DNA of 37,974 nucleotides, taken from a virus (taxonomy: Duplodnaviria; Heunggongvirae; Uroviricota; Caudoviricetes). The stretch is from IMG/VR virus record IMGVR_UViG_2548877011_000015, one strand, 5' to 3'. Under the pieces are notes generated by a model that did not search any database, was not told the origin of the DNA, and saw only the letters and a program-made list of their open reading frames with translations. Made by a program: the position numbers and the translations under genes. This document shows positions 19,491-29,154 of the stretch, piece by piece (position 1 is the first letter of the stretch; every line of letters begins with the position of its first letter).

Positions 19491-19955
19491 ATGAAGTTTG
19501 TTGCGCCAGAACAGGCACCGGAACAGGCGGAAATCATCAGAAATACGCCGTTCTGGCCTGATGTGGACCTGTCGGAGTTTCGCAGTGTCATGCGCACTGA
19601 CGGCACGGTGACGCAGCCGCGTTTAAAGCAGGTTGCGCTGTCGGCAATTTCGGAGGTCAACGCAGAGCTGTATGAGTTTCGCAGACGCCAGCAGATGCTG
19701 GGGTATGCCTCGCTGGCAGAAGTCCCGGCGGAACAACTGGACGGCAAAAGCGAGCGCATTCAGCACTATTTCAACGCGGTTTACTGCTGGGCACGCGCCA
19801 TGCTCAACGAACGTTACCAGGACTATGACGCCACGGCATCCGGTGCGAAGCGGGGCGAGGAACTGGCGGAAGCAAGCGGTGATTTATGGCGTGACGCCCG
19901 CTGGGCCATCAGCCGGGTGCAGGATGCGCCGCACTGCACAGTGGAGCTTATCTGA
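19491..19955 (+). CDS. L: head completion/stabilisation protein (P2 gpL-like)
   Basis: ATG at 19491 (MKFVAPEQ...) with AGGAG SD; the track ORF from 19428 begins with a GTG upstream. Confidence 0.8.
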   Translation: MKFVAPEQAPEQAEIIRNTPFWPDVDLSEFRSVMRTDGTVTQPRLKQVALSAISEVNAELYEFRRRQQMLGYASLAEVPAEQLDGKSERIQHYFNAVYCWARAMLNERYQDYDATASGAKRGEELAEASGDLWRDARWAISRVQDAPHCTVELI

Positions 19956-20158
19956 TGAAAGTGCGTGCGCATCAATATGACACGGTGGACGCACTTTGCT
20001 GGCGTCATTACGGGCGCACGCAGGGTGTCACGGAGCAGGTACTGAAGGCAAATCCGGGGCTTGCCGAATATGGCCCCTTTTTACCTCACGGGCTGCAGGT
20101 GGAGCTGCCGGACATTCCGACCACCACCACCGTGCAGACCGTCCAGCTATGGGACTGA
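19955..20158 (+). CDS. X: tail protein X (P2 gpX-like)
   Basis: 67 aa; MKVRAHQYDTVDALCWRHYGRTQGVTEQVLKANPGLAEYGPFLPHGLQVELPDI is collinear with P2 gpX. Confidence 0.85.
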   Translation: MKVRAHQYDTVDALCWRHYGRTQGVTEQVLKANPGLAEYGPFLPHGLQVELPDIPTTTTVQTVQLWD

Positions 20159-20161
20159 ATT

Positions 20162-20377
20162 ATGACGCTTGAGCGAATCAGCGCCTTTATCACGTACTGC
20201 ATCGCCGTTGTGCTGGCCTGGCTGGGCGATTTGTCCATCAAGGATGCCTCAACGCTGGGCGGCCTGATGATTGGTGTGCTGATGCTGGCTATCAACTGGT
20301 ACTACAAACACAAAGCCTACCAGCTTCTGCGCGACGGGCAGATCTCGCGGGAGGACTATGAATCCATCAATCGTTAA
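20162..20377 (+). CDS. holin
   Basis: 71 aa with two hydrophobic transmembrane segments and charged C-terminus, directly upstream of the lysozyme gene. Confidence 0.65.
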   Translation: MTLERISAFITYCIAVVLAWLGDLSIKDASTLGGLMIGVLMLAINWYYKHKAYQLLRDGQISREDYESINR

Positions 20378-20870
20378 ACGCTGCCTTGTCGGGGGCGTGC
20401 TGGCTATTGCTGCCACGCTGCCGGGTTTTCAGCAGCTTCACACCTCCGTGGAGGGGCTGAAACTGATTGCCGATTACGAAGGCTGTCGTCTGCAGCCGTA
20501 TCAGTGCAGCGCGGGTGTCTGGACCGACGGCATTGGTAATACATCGGGCGTCATTCCCGGCAAAACAATCACGGAACGACAGGCAGCAGAAGGGCTGATC
20601 TCCAACGTGCTGCGTGTGGAGCGGGCACTGGAAAGGTGTGTGAAGCAACAGCCACCACAGAAGGTGTATGACGCTACGGTGTCGTTTGCCTTCAACGTGG
20701 GGACGGGCAATGCCTGTAGTTCCACGCTGGTGAAATTGCTCAATCAGCGGCGCTGGGCGGATGCGTGCCGACAGTTGCCGCGCTGGGTTTATGTAAAAGG
20801 TGTGTTTAATCAGGGGCTGGATAACCGCCGTGCGCGGGAGATGGCTTGGTGTTTACAGGGAGCAAACTGA
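20358..20870 (+). CDS. endolysin, lysozyme type, with N-terminal SAR-like hydrophobic segment
   Basis: 170 aa; EGLKLIADYEGCRLQPYQCSAGVWTDGIGNT carries the E...D...T catalytic spacing of T4/P21-type lysozymes; N-terminal VGGVLAIAATLPGF is a weakly hydrophobic signal-anchor-like segment. Confidence 0.8.
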   Translation: MNPSIVKRCLVGGVLAIAATLPGFQQLHTSVEGLKLIADYEGCRLQPYQCSAGVWTDGIGNTSGVIPGKTITERQAAEGLISNVLRVERALERCVKQQPPQKVYDATVSFAFNVGTGNACSSTLVKLLNQRRWADACRQLPRWVYVKGVFNQGLDNRRAREMAWCLQGAN

Positions 20871-20871
20871 A

Positions 20872-21249
20872 ATGAAAAAGAAATTAATCAGCGGACTGTT
20901 TCTGATGTTATGGATGGCGCTGTTAGTCGCAGCAATGGTGTATCCGCAGGGGATTTTTCCGGTACTGGCAGTGTCCGGCGTTTGGGTAGCCTGTTTGCTG
21001 ACATGGGCGGTAATTCCTGTAGCACTGGCTGCGTTAATTAAGAATGGCCCGCTCTGGCAGGAGTTAAGGGCATCTTTGCTGAAGACAATTACCCGAAAAG
21101 AAAACGTATTTATCACCTGGGTGATGCGATTGCTGATTGTTGTAAGTCTCGCTTGGACGGGGTGGGCTATTACCCTGGTCTTTTATCTACTGACCGTTAT
21201 TGCCTTCTGGATCACCCGTAATCAGATGGCGCAACAGGTAGCAGCATGA
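20872..21249 (+). CDS. lysA: LysA-like membrane protein (lysis timing)
   Basis: 125 aa with several transmembrane segments, P2 lysA position. Confidence 0.6.
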   Translation: MKKKLISGLFLMLWMALLVAAMVYPQGIFPVLAVSGVWVACLLTWAVIPVALAALIKNGPLWQELRASLLKTITRKENVFITWVMRLLIVVSLAWTGWAITLVFYLLTVIAFWITRNQMAQQVAA

Positions 21250-21674
21250 ACCGGTTGCTGCTGGTTGTGCTGGCGTTATTACTGGCGGCGCTGGGCTGGC
21301 AGACGTGGCGGCTGGCTGATGCCAGCCAGACCATTAGCACGCAGGCAGACGAGCTGCAGAGCAAAAGCCAGGCACTGGCAAAGAGCAACAGCCAGCTTAT
21401 CAGCCTGTCCATTCTGACTGAAACCAATAACCGGGAGCAGGCGCGGCTCTATGCCGAAGCAGAACAGACCAGCGCGCTGCTGAGACAACGACAACACCGG
21501 ATCGAGGAACTGAAACGTGAGAACGAGGATTTACGCCGCTGGGCTGATACTCCTTTGCCTGCTGACATTATCCGGCTGCGGGAACGTCCGACGCTCACCG
21601 GAGGTGCAGCTTACCGTCAGTGGTTGTCCGCGAGTGACGCCGTGTCGGCTGGATCAGGCAGCGCCGCGCACTAA
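21246..21674 (+). CDS. lysB: i-spanin (LysB / Rz-like)
   Basis: 142 aa; N-terminal TM anchor MNRLLLVVLALLLAALGW then coiled-coil region; P2 lysB position. Confidence 0.75.
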   Translation: MNRLLLVVLALLLAALGWQTWRLADASQTISTQADELQSKSQALAKSNSQLISLSILTETNNREQARLYAEAEQTSALLRQRQHRIEELKRENEDLRRWADTPLPADIIRLRERPTLTGGAAYRQWLSASDAVSAGSGSAAH

Positions 21675-21807
21675 CGGTGATCTGAACGCGTTGCTGGATG
21701 AAACGGAGGCCGCCTGGGCGGTCTGTGCAGACAAAGTGGACATGATTATTGCGTGTCAGGAGCGAAACAGTGAACAAACCACAATCCCTGCGCCACGCCC
21801 TAAATAA
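21517..21807 (+). CDS. lysC: o-spanin lipoprotein (LysC / Rz1-like), embedded out of frame in lysB
   Basis: GTG start at 21517; signal peptide with lipobox LSGC; overlaps the lysB 3' end in a different frame and runs into R. Confidence 0.65.
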   Translation: MRTRIYAAGLILLCLLTLSGCGNVRRSPEVQLTVSGCPRVTPCRLDQAAPRTNGDLNALLDETEAAWAVCADKVDMIIACQERNSEQTTIPAPRPK

Positions 21808-22201
21808 AGCGGTGCCTTATGTCCGCAATAACCCGGAAAAACTGCATCTGTTTGTGGATAACGGTTCGCTGGTTGCCACGGGGGCCAGCTCCATGTCGTG
21901 GGAGTACCGTTACACCCTGAACGCGGTGATTGAGGATTTCAGCGGCGACCAGAATCTGTTGATGGCCCCGGTTTTACTGTGGCTGAGGGATAACCAGCCC
22001 GTTGCCATCAATAACCCGGCGTTACGGGAAAAACAATTCACCTTTGAGGTGGATATTCTGCGCAACGATGTCTGTGATATCAGCTTGAACCTGCAACTGA
22101 CGGAACGTGTGCTGGTCAGCACTGACGGCAGTGTGTCGAGCGTTGAAGCTGTAGCGGAACCCGATGAACCTGAAGAAATGTGGACGGTGAAACGTGGCTG
22201 A
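21770..22201 (+). CDS. R: tail completion protein R (P2 gpR-like)
   Basis: GTG at 21770 with AGGAG 8 nt upstream; track ORF 21749..22201; P2 R position and size. Confidence 0.7.
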   Translation: MNKPQSLRHALNKAVPYVRNNPEKLHLFVDNGSLVATGASSMSWEYRYTLNAVIEDFSGDQNLLMAPVLLWLRDNQPVAINNPALREKQFTFEVDILRNDVCDISLNLQLTERVLVSTDGSVSSVEAVAEPDEPEEMWTVKRG

Positions 22202-22646
22202 ACTGCAGAAAGTGGACGACTGGCTGAGTGCCTTGCTGGCGAATCTGGAACCAGCCGCCAGAAGCCGCATGATGCGCCAGCTGGCGCAGGAACTGCGCCG
22301 GACACAGCAGCAGAATATCAGGATGCAGCGCAACCCTGACGGCAGCAGCTATGAACCGCGACGGGTAACAGCACGAAGTAAAAAAGGGCGCATCAAACGT
22401 CAGATGTTTGCAAAGCTGCGCACCACAAAATACCTGAAAACCGCCGCCAGCGCGGATTCTGCCAGCGTACAGTTTGAAGGTAAGGTGCAGCGCATTGCCC
22501 GCGTTCATCATTACGGCCTGCGCGATCGCGTCAGTCCAAAGGGGGGAGTCATTAAGTATCCATCCCGAAAATTGCTGGGTTTAAATGAACATACTGAAAA
22601 TGAAGTAAGAGATTTACTTTTAAAGTATTTTTTGATGAAAAATTAG
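22194..22646 (+). CDS. S: tail completion protein S (P2 gpS-like)
   Basis: 150 aa, GTG start overlapping R stop; C-terminal YPSRKLLG motif as I recall it from gpS-family proteins. Confidence 0.7.
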   Translation: MAELQKVDDWLSALLANLEPAARSRMMRQLAQELRRTQQQNIRMQRNPDGSSYEPRRVTARSKKGRIKRQMFAKLRTTKYLKTAASADSASVQFEGKVQRIARVHHYGLRDRVSPKGGVIKYPSRKLLGLNEHTENEVRDLLLKYFLMKN

Positions 22647-22651
22647 AATGT

Positions 22652-23182
22652 TTACGCACTTAATAAACTTAAATAACTTTTTATGCTTTGGCAAAAAGGG
22701 AAAAGGTCTATTTTAATTTTCCAGTTTTTTTTGTTTTGAACCCCAGAAGCAATAATAGAACCATCCCAATATTTTATTCCATTTTTGCCGGTCTTTTTTG
22801 TTAACTCAAAACTTAATGCGTGAATAATTTTATTGCAGCATTCGCGTATAGAACCTTTAACATGACCATCTATAACAAAAAGTATATTTTCATGTTCTTC
22901 AAATGCTTCTTTCTCAGGTGAGTAATCTGGGTTCCACTCATGTTCACTAGTGTCTTGGAGAATTCGTAGTTTTGTACAAAGGCTAATAAGATTGTTGCTA
23001 ATGGTATATTCCAACCATCCGTTGTACGATAACTCCTCCATTTCAAATTCAGTTACTATAGAATCATCATATACTTTCTGTGTGGAATATATACGCTGTA
23101 AATAAAATTCAGATGAACAGCATAATTGCTCAATTATTCTTGCGTGTTCTTCTATAGCGTAATAATCAATTGGATGGCTCAT
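22652..23182 (-). CDS. hypothetical protein (176 aa), moron at the P2 orf30 site
   Basis: Low-GC gene on the opposite strand, inserted between tail genes S and V; ATG at 23180-23182 with AAAGG SD (track ORF extends to 23221). Confidence 0.55.
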   Translation of the reverse strand: MSHPIDYYAIEEHARIIEQLCCSSEFYLQRIYSTQKVYDDSIVTEFEMEELSYNGWLEYTISNNLISLCTKLRILQDTSEHEWNPDYSPEKEAFEEHENILFVIDGHVKGSIRECCNKIIHALSFELTKKTGKNGIKYWDGSIIASGVQNKKNWKIKIDLFPFCQSIKSYLSLLSA

Positions 23183-23277
23183 TCTTTTACCTTTCTTCGA
23201 TTGGAATTGTATTTGTGTCATTTACCACACAAGGACGTATTGATGCCATAGATTCAAGGTCCGTGCAACCTAACCCT

Positions 23278-23856
23278 ATGAACGCACAACTAACCGAAAT
23301 CATGCGCCTTATCACCAACCTGATCCGCACTGGGGTAGTCACCGAAGTGGATCGGGAGAACTGGCTTTGCCGGGTGAAAACGGGCGAGCTTGAAACCAAC
23401 TGGATCAGCTGGCTGACGCTGCGTGCCGGAAATGCCCGGACATGGTGGCGACCATCGGAAGGTGAGCAGGTGGTGCTGCTGAGTCTGGGCGGCAATCTGG
23501 AGACTGCCTTTGCGCTGCCCGCTGTCTATTCGAATCAGTTCGCACCACCGTCGACGTCGGCGGACGCCTGCGTGACAGAACATCCTGACGGTGGCTGGTT
23601 TGAATACGAACCCGCCACCGGGCGCTGGTATGTCAGGGGCATCAAATCAATGGTCATTGAGGCCGCTGACAACATCACCCTGAAAACCAATGAGTTTGTA
23701 CTGGAGGCTGACCGCACGCGCATTAACAGCGAAGTGGTGATCAATGGTGGCGTTACCCAGGGCGGCGGAGCGATGAGTTCTAACGGGATCGTGGTTGATG
23801 CGCATCAGCATACTGGCGTCCTGAAAGGCGGCGACACAACCGGAGGCCCGGTATGA
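23278..23856 (+). CDS. V: baseplate spike/assembly protein V (P2 gpV-like)
   Basis: 192 aa from ATG at 23278; P2 V position; Gly-rich C-terminus. Confidence 0.8.
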   Translation: MNAQLTEIMRLITNLIRTGVVTEVDRENWLCRVKTGELETNWISWLTLRAGNARTWWRPSEGEQVVLLSLGGNLETAFALPAVYSNQFAPPSTSADACVTEHPDGGWFEYEPATGRWYVRGIKSMVIEAADNITLKTNEFVLEADRTRINSEVVINGGVTQGGGAMSSNGIVVDAHQHTGVLKGGDTTGGPV

Positions 23857-24212
23857 CGCTTTATAGCGGGATGAACAATACCAGCGGTAAAGCCATTACT
23901 GATATTGACCATCTGCGCCAGTCGGTGCGGGACATTCTGCTGACGCCGCAGGGTAGTCGCATTGCCCGTCGGGAATATGGTTCCCTGCTGTCGGCACTGA
24001 TTGATCAGCCACAAAATCCGGCATTACGCCTGCAGGTTATGTCGGCTGTGTATGTGGCACTGAGTCGCTGGGAGCCACGGCTGGCGCTCGATTCCATCAC
24101 TATTAACAGCAATTTTGACGGTTCAATGGTGGTGGAGCTGAGCGGGCGGCGTAATAACGGTGTGCCTGTGTCCCTTTCAGTATCAACAGGAGCAGAGAAT
24201 GGCAGTGATTGA
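23853..24212 (+). CDS. W: baseplate protein W (gp25-like)
   Basis: 119 aa, ATGA overlap with V; P2 gpW size. Confidence 0.8.
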   Translation: MTLYSGMNNTSGKAITDIDHLRQSVRDILLTPQGSRIARREYGSLLSALIDQPQNPALRLQVMSAVYVALSRWEPRLALDSITINSNFDGSMVVELSGRRNNGVPVSLSVSTGAENGSD

Positions 24213-25107
24213 CCTTTCGCAGTTGCCTGCGCCGCAGATTGTGGATGTGCCGGACTTTGAGACGCTGCTTGCCGAACGCAAGGCCGGATTTGTTGCGCTT
24301 CATCCGAAAGATGAGCAGGAAGCAGTGATCCGCACGCTGGAACTGGAATCTGAACCCGTCACCAAATTGCTGCAGGAGAACGCTTACCGTGAGTTGCTTC
24401 TGCGCCAGCGCATTAACGAAGCCGCGCAGGCTGTGATGGTGGCTTACGCGATGGGCAGCGATCTTGACCAGCTCGCTGCCAACTACAACGTGAAACGCCT
24501 GACGGTGACGCCTGCTGATAATGACGCTGTGCCGCCCGTTGCAGCTGTGATGGAAAGCGATGAAGCGTTACGCCTGCGTGTGCCTGCAGCCTTTGAAGGG
24601 CTTTCAGTTGCGGGGCCAACTGCAGCTTATGAATTTCATGCCCGAAGCGCCGACGGTCGGGTGGCGGATGCCAGTGCAACCAGCTCGGCACCTGCAGAGG
24701 TGGTGCTGACTGTCCTTAGCCGCGAAGGCGATGGAACTGCAGAAAAAGACCTGCTGGACGTGGTGGAAAAAGCTCTGAACAGTGAGAACGTCCGCCCGGT
24801 GGCTGACCGTCTTACGGTTCGCAGCGCAGAAATCATCCCGTATCGCGTGGAAGCCACCATTTTTCTCTATCCTGGACCGGAAGCAGAGCCGGTAATGGCA
24901 GCGGCAAAAGCCAGCCTGCAGAAGTACATCGCCAGTCAGACGCGTCTTGGTCTGGATATTCGCCGTAGCGCCATCTTTGCCGCCCTGCATGTTGAGGGTG
25001 TGCAGCGTGTGGAGCTGGCTTCTCCTCTGGAGGATGTGGTCCTGAACAAAACACAGGCGGCATCATGTACGCAGTGGAGCGTAACCAACGGAGGAACGGA
25101 TGAATAG
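24199..25107 (+). CDS. J: baseplate protein J
   Basis: 302 aa from ATG at 24199, matching P2 gpJ length. Confidence 0.8.
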   Translation: MAVIDLSQLPAPQIVDVPDFETLLAERKAGFVALHPKDEQEAVIRTLELESEPVTKLLQENAYRELLLRQRINEAAQAVMVAYAMGSDLDQLAANYNVKRLTVTPADNDAVPPVAAVMESDEALRLRVPAAFEGLSVAGPTAAYEFHARSADGRVADASATSSAPAEVVLTVLSREGDGTAEKDLLDVVEKALNSENVRPVADRLTVRSAEIIPYRVEATIFLYPGPEAEPVMAAAKASLQKYIASQTRLGLDIRRSAIFAALHVEGVQRVELASPLEDVVLNKTQAASCTQWSVTNGGTDE

Positions 25108-25705
25108 TCTGCTGCCACCGGGTTCAACACCACTGGAGCGCCGACTGGCGCAAACCTGCAGCGGGATTTCTGATCTGCAGGTGCCGCTTCGTGACTTGTG
25201 GAATCCGGCAACCTGTCCGGTCAGTTTCCTGCCTTATCTCGCCTGGGCGTTCTCTGTAGATCGCTGGGACGAGGGCTGGACAGAAAGCGTCAAGCGCCAG
25301 GTGGTGAAGGATGCTTTTTATATTCATCAGCATAAAGGGACCACCAGTGCCGTGCGGCGGGTGGTGGAGCCGTTCGGCTTTCTGATCCGCATTATTGAGT
25401 GGTGGCAGACCGGAGAGGCACCGGGCACGTTTCGCCTGGATATCGGCGTGCAGGACCAGGGTATCACTGAAGATACCTATCTGGAACTTGAGCGACTGAT
25501 AAGCGATGCCAAACCATGTAGCCGCCACATGATCGGCATATCCATCAATCTGCAGACCAGCGGCCCGCATTGGGTGGGAGCCGCCAGCTATCTTGGCGAA
25601 GAAATCACGATCTATCCGTATATCAACGAAACGATTATTTCCGGTGGCACCGCGCATGAAGGCGGGGCGGTCCATGTTATTGACACAATGAGAGTGAATC
25701 CATGA
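25100..25705 (+). CDS. I: baseplate/tail protein I
   Basis: 201 aa, overlaps J stop; P2 gpI position. Confidence 0.75.
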   Translation: MNSLLPPGSTPLERRLAQTCSGISDLQVPLRDLWNPATCPVSFLPYLAWAFSVDRWDEGWTESVKRQVVKDAFYIHQHKGTTSAVRRVVEPFGFLIRIIEWWQTGEAPGTFRLDIGVQDQGITEDTYLELERLISDAKPCSRHMIGISINLQTSGPHWVGAASYLGEEITIYPYINETIISGGTAHEGGAVHVIDTMRVNP

Positions 25706-27453
25706 GCACAAAATTTTATACCCTGCTGACGGATATTGGCGCGGCGAAACTTGCCAGCGCCACCGCGCTCGGTGTGCCGCTAAAAATTACCCATATGGCG
25801 GTGGGCGATGGCGGCGGAGTATTGCCAACGCCGGACGCAAAGCAGACGGCACTGGTAAATGAGAAACGCCGGGCTGCGCTGAATATGCTTTATATCGACC
25901 CGCAGAACAGCAGCCAGATTATTGCTGAACAGGTGATCCCTGAAAACGAGGGCGGTTGGTGGATACGTGAAGTGGGCTTGTTTGATGAGTCCGGGGCATT
26001 GATTGCCGTGGGTAACTGCCCGGAAAGCTATAAGCCGCAACTGGCTGAAGGCAGTGGGCGTACCCAGACCGTGCGCATGGTGCTGATTACCAGCAGTACG
26101 GACAATATCATCCTGAAAATCGACCCTGCTGTAGTGCTGGCAACCCGCAAGTATGTGGATGACAAAATATCAGAGCACGAACAGTCACGACGTCACCCGG
26201 ACGCCTCGCTGACCGCAAAAGGTTTTACTCAGTTAAGCAGTGCGACCAACAGTGAATCCGAAATACTGGCCGCAACACCGAAGGCTGTGAAGGCTGCATA
26301 TGATCTTGCAGCAGGTAAAGCATCCGCCAGTCACACACACCCGTGGAATCAGATAACGGATGTGCCTGCAGCTTCACTGACGGTAAAAGGCACCGTGCAA
26401 CTCAGCAGCGCCACTAACAGCACGTCAGAAATGCAGGCTGCCACACCAAAGGCAGTGAAGGCGGCATATGACCTTGCAGCAGGTAAGGCACCTGTCAGTC
26501 ACACGCACCCGTGGAGCCAGATAACAGATGTGCCTGCAGCTTCACTGACGGTAAAAGGCACCGTGCAACTCAGCAGCGCTACTAACAGCACGTCAGAAAC
26601 GCAGGCTGCCACACCAAAAGCCGTGAAGGCTGTATATGACCTTGCCAATGGAAAACAACCTGCCGACGCCACACTGACCGCACTGGCAGGCCTTGCCACT
26701 GCGGCAGACAAACTTCCGTATTTTACGGGGAATGATACAGCCAGCCTGACAACCCTGACTAACGTTGGACGGAATATTCTGGATAAAGCAAGCACACAGG
26801 CGGTTATTCAATATCTTGGTCTGAGCGATGCAAGTGGATACGTTGGACGCTGGCTGAATACCCGGGTTTTCACCTCATCAGGTACGTACACCACGACGCC
26901 AGGAACAAAACGGATTAGGGTCACAATAACGGGCGGCGGTGGCGGAGGGGGCGGCTGCAAGGCTATATCCAATAATGAAACGTTTTTCGGTGCTGGCGGC
27001 GGGGCAGGTGGGACAGTAATCACCACGCTGATCCTGACGAAGGATAGTTATCCTGTCACTATCGGCGCAGGTGGGGCCGGCGGCGTTAGTGCGACGAACG
27101 GCCTCAAGGGCGGTGATAGCTCGTTCGGATCGGTAATAGCCCCTGGTGGTGAAGGTGGTGGAAAATCAGGAGTCACAAACACGAACGGTGGTAACGGCGG
27201 TGTGCCAAGTACTGGCGGTATCAACATCATTGGTGGAAATGGAGGCGACGGTCAGTCCGGAAATATCGGCGTCAGCGGTGAAGGCGGAACATCGCACTGG
27301 GGTGGCGGTGGACGCGCAGGCGCTGGCGGTGGTGTTAGTGGTAAGGCATATGGTTCAGGTGGCGGTGGCGCATACGATGCCGGTTATAGCGGAACCAGTA
27401 TGACAGGCGGGAAAGGTGCCGCTGGGATTTGTATTATCGAGGAGTTTGCATAA
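25702..27453 (+). CDS. H: tail fiber protein H with internal tandem repeats and Gly-rich C-terminal domain
   Basis: 583 aa; conserved P2-type N-terminus; three ~56-aa tail-fibre repeats (SLTVKGTVQLSSATNS...AATPKAVKAAYDLA...HTHPW); C-terminal ~170 aa is 35-40% Gly. Confidence 0.85.
   Translation: MSTKFYTLLTDIGAAKLASATALGVPLKITHMAVGDGGGVLPTPDAKQTALVNEKRRAALNMLYIDPQNSSQIIAEQVIPENEGGWWIREVGLFDESGALIAVGNCPESYKPQLAEGSGRTQTVRMVLITSSTDNIILKIDPAVVLATRKYVDDKISEHEQSRRHPDASLTAKGFTQLSSATNSESEILAATPKAVKAAYDLAAGKASASHTHPWNQITDVPAASLTVKGTVQLSSATNSTSEMQAATPKAVKAAYDLAAGKAPVSHTHPWSQITDVPAASLTVKGTVQLSSATNSTSETQAATPKAVKAVYDLANGKQPADATLTALAGLATAADKLPYFTGNDTASLTTLTNVGRNILDKASTQAVIQYLGLSDASGYVGRWLNTRVFTSSGTYTTTPGTKRIRVTITGGGGGGGGCKAISNNETFFGAGGGAGGTVITTLILTKDSYPVTIGAGGAGGVSATNGLKGGDSSFGSVIAPGGEGGGKSGVTNTNGGNGGVPSTGGINIIGGNGGDGQSGNIGVSGEGGTSHWGGGGRAGAGGGVSGKAYGSGGGGAYDAGYSGTSMTGGKGAAGICIIEEFA
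26203..26658 (+). repeat. 168-bp tandem repeat (about 2.7 copies) inside the tail fiber gene
   Basis: Copies start near 26203, 26371 and 26539; copies 2 and 3 are nearly identical at the DNA level. Confidence 0.8.
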
Positions 27454-27866
27454 TGAATGCGTCATATGCAGTTATTGAAAATGGGATGGTTGTGAATGTC
27501 ATTGTCTGGGATGGCGAGGCTGAATTCACAGTGCCGGATAATCAGCAGCTCATTAATATTTCTGATATCAGTGAGCAGCCCGGAATCGGCTGGGTTTATT
27601 CAGACGGGGGATTTACTGCACCACCCACCCAGGAACGTTCTCATGATGAACTGGTAGCTGACGCTGAACAGAAAAAACAGTCGCTGTTAGACGCAGCAAT
27701 GGCCAATATCAGCGTGATTCAGTTAAAGCTGCAGGCCGGGCGCAAACTGACGCAAGAGGAAACTACTCGACTTAACGTTGTGCTGGATTATATCGAGGCT
27801 GTGACGGCAACAGATACCAGCACCGCACCTGATATTATTTGGCCTGTTTTCCCTGCAAGCAGATAA
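27453..27866 (+). CDS. G: tail fiber assembly chaperone (gpG/Tfa-like)
   Basis: 137 aa from ATG at 27453 (TAATG overlap with H); position immediately after the fibre gene. Confidence 0.7.
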   Translation: MNASYAVIENGMVVNVIVWDGEAEFTVPDNQQLINISDISEQPGIGWVYSDGGFTAPPTQERSHDELVADAEQKKQSLLDAAMANISVIQLKLQAGRKLTQEETTRLNVVLDYIEAVTATDTSTAPDIIWPVFPASR

Positions 27867-27972
27867 ATACCGTCATTTTGTGTGAATAACGGTACAACTG
27901 CGCTTAGCTGCTTGTCAGACACAATCACTTCAACATAGGGCGAAGCCTAATCCAATCAGGAGGTTCGCCACT

Positions 27973-29145
27973 ATGGCTCAGGATTACCACCACGGAGTGC
28001 GCGTTGTTGAAGTCAACGAAGGCACTCGATCCATTACCACGGTGAGCACCGCCATCGTGGGCATGGTCTGCACGGGCGATGATGCCGATGCAAAAATGTT
28101 CCCTCTTAATAAACCCGTGCTGATCACTGATGTGCTTACTGCCAGCGGTAAGGCGGGTGAATCCGGTACGCTGGCCCGTTCGCTGGATGCCATCGCTGAC
28201 CAGGCAAAACCCGTGACCGTTGTTGTGCGTGTGCCGCAGGGTGAAACGGAAGAAGAAACCACGACCAATATCATCGGCGCAGTGACTGCTGAAGGTAAAA
28301 AAACTGGTATGAAAGCCCTGTTATCTGCCCAGTCACAGCTCGGTGTTAAACCGCGCATTCTCGGCGTGCCGGGGCACGATAATAAAGCCGTTGCTACTGA
28401 GTTGCTGGGCGTGGCGCAAAGCCTGCGTGGGTTTGCTTACCTGTCAGCGTATGGCTGCAAGACGGTGCAGGAGGCGATCACTTACCGTAAAAACTTCAGT
28501 CAGCGTGAAGGGATGCTGATTTGGCCTGACTTTACTGGCTGGGACACGGTGCTGAATGCCGACGCAACGGCATATGCCACCGCCCGTGCGCTTGGTCTGC
28601 GTGCCAAAATTGATGAGCAGACAGGGTGGCACAAAAGCCTGTCCAACGTGGGCGTGAACGGTGTCACCGGAATTTCTGCTGATGTGTTCTGGGATCTGCA
28701 GGACCCGGCAACTGATGCGGGACTACTTAACCAGAACGATGTTACCACACTTATCCGCAAAGACGGCTTTCGCTTCTGGGGTTCCCGCTGCCTGAGTGAT
28801 GACCCACTCTTTGCCTTCGAAAACTACACCCGCACGGCGCAGGTGCTGATGGACACGATGGCAGAAGCGCCAATGTGGGCGGTCGACAAACCGCTGAATC
28901 CGTCGCTGGCCCGCGACATTATCGAAGGTATCCGCGCCAAAATGCGCAGCCTGATCAGTCAGGGCTATCTCATTGGTGGCGATTGCTGGCTGGATGAGTC
29001 GGTGAACGACAAAGACACTCTGAAAGCTGGAAAACTCACCATCGACTACGACTACACACCAGTGCCGCCACTTGAAAACCTGATGCTGCGTCAGCGCATC
29101 ACCGATCAGTACCTGGTGAATTTCTCCAGCCAGGTCAGCGCGTAA
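27973..29145 (+). CDS. FI: tail sheath protein FI
   Basis: 390 aa starting [11 protein letters not shown]..., P2 FI size and position. Confidence 0.85.
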   Translation: MAQDYHHGVRVVEVNEGTRSITTVSTAIVGMVCTGDDADAKMFPLNKPVLITDVLTASGKAGESGTLARSLDAIADQAKPVTVVVRVPQGETEEETTTNIIGAVTAEGKKTGMKALLSAQSQLGVKPRILGVPGHDNKAVATELLGVAQSLRGFAYLSAYGCKTVQEAITYRKNFSQREGMLIWPDFTGWDTVLNADATAYATARALGLRAKIDEQTGWHKSLSNVGVNGVTGISADVFWDLQDPATDAGLLNQNDVTTLIRKDGFRFWGSRCLSDDPLFAFENYTRTAQVLMDTMAEAPMWAVDKPLNPSLARDIIEGIRAKMRSLISQGYLIGGDCWLDESVNDKDTLKAGKLTIDYDYTPVPPLENLMLRQRITDQYLVNFSSQVSA

Positions 29146-29154
29146 GGGGACAAC

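Noticed and set aside
22547-22646. AT-rich 3' end of gene S suggested a chimeric or truncated S fused to the inserted island.
   Set aside because: The encoded C-terminus retains a gpS-like YPSRKLLG motif, so the gene appears intact; only the downstream gene is foreign.
27867-27972. Possible cargo at the Z/fun hotspot between tail fibre assembly gene G and sheath gene FI.
   Set aside because: Only ~106 bp of intergenic DNA is present; no ORF or compositional island, so this hotspot is empty here.
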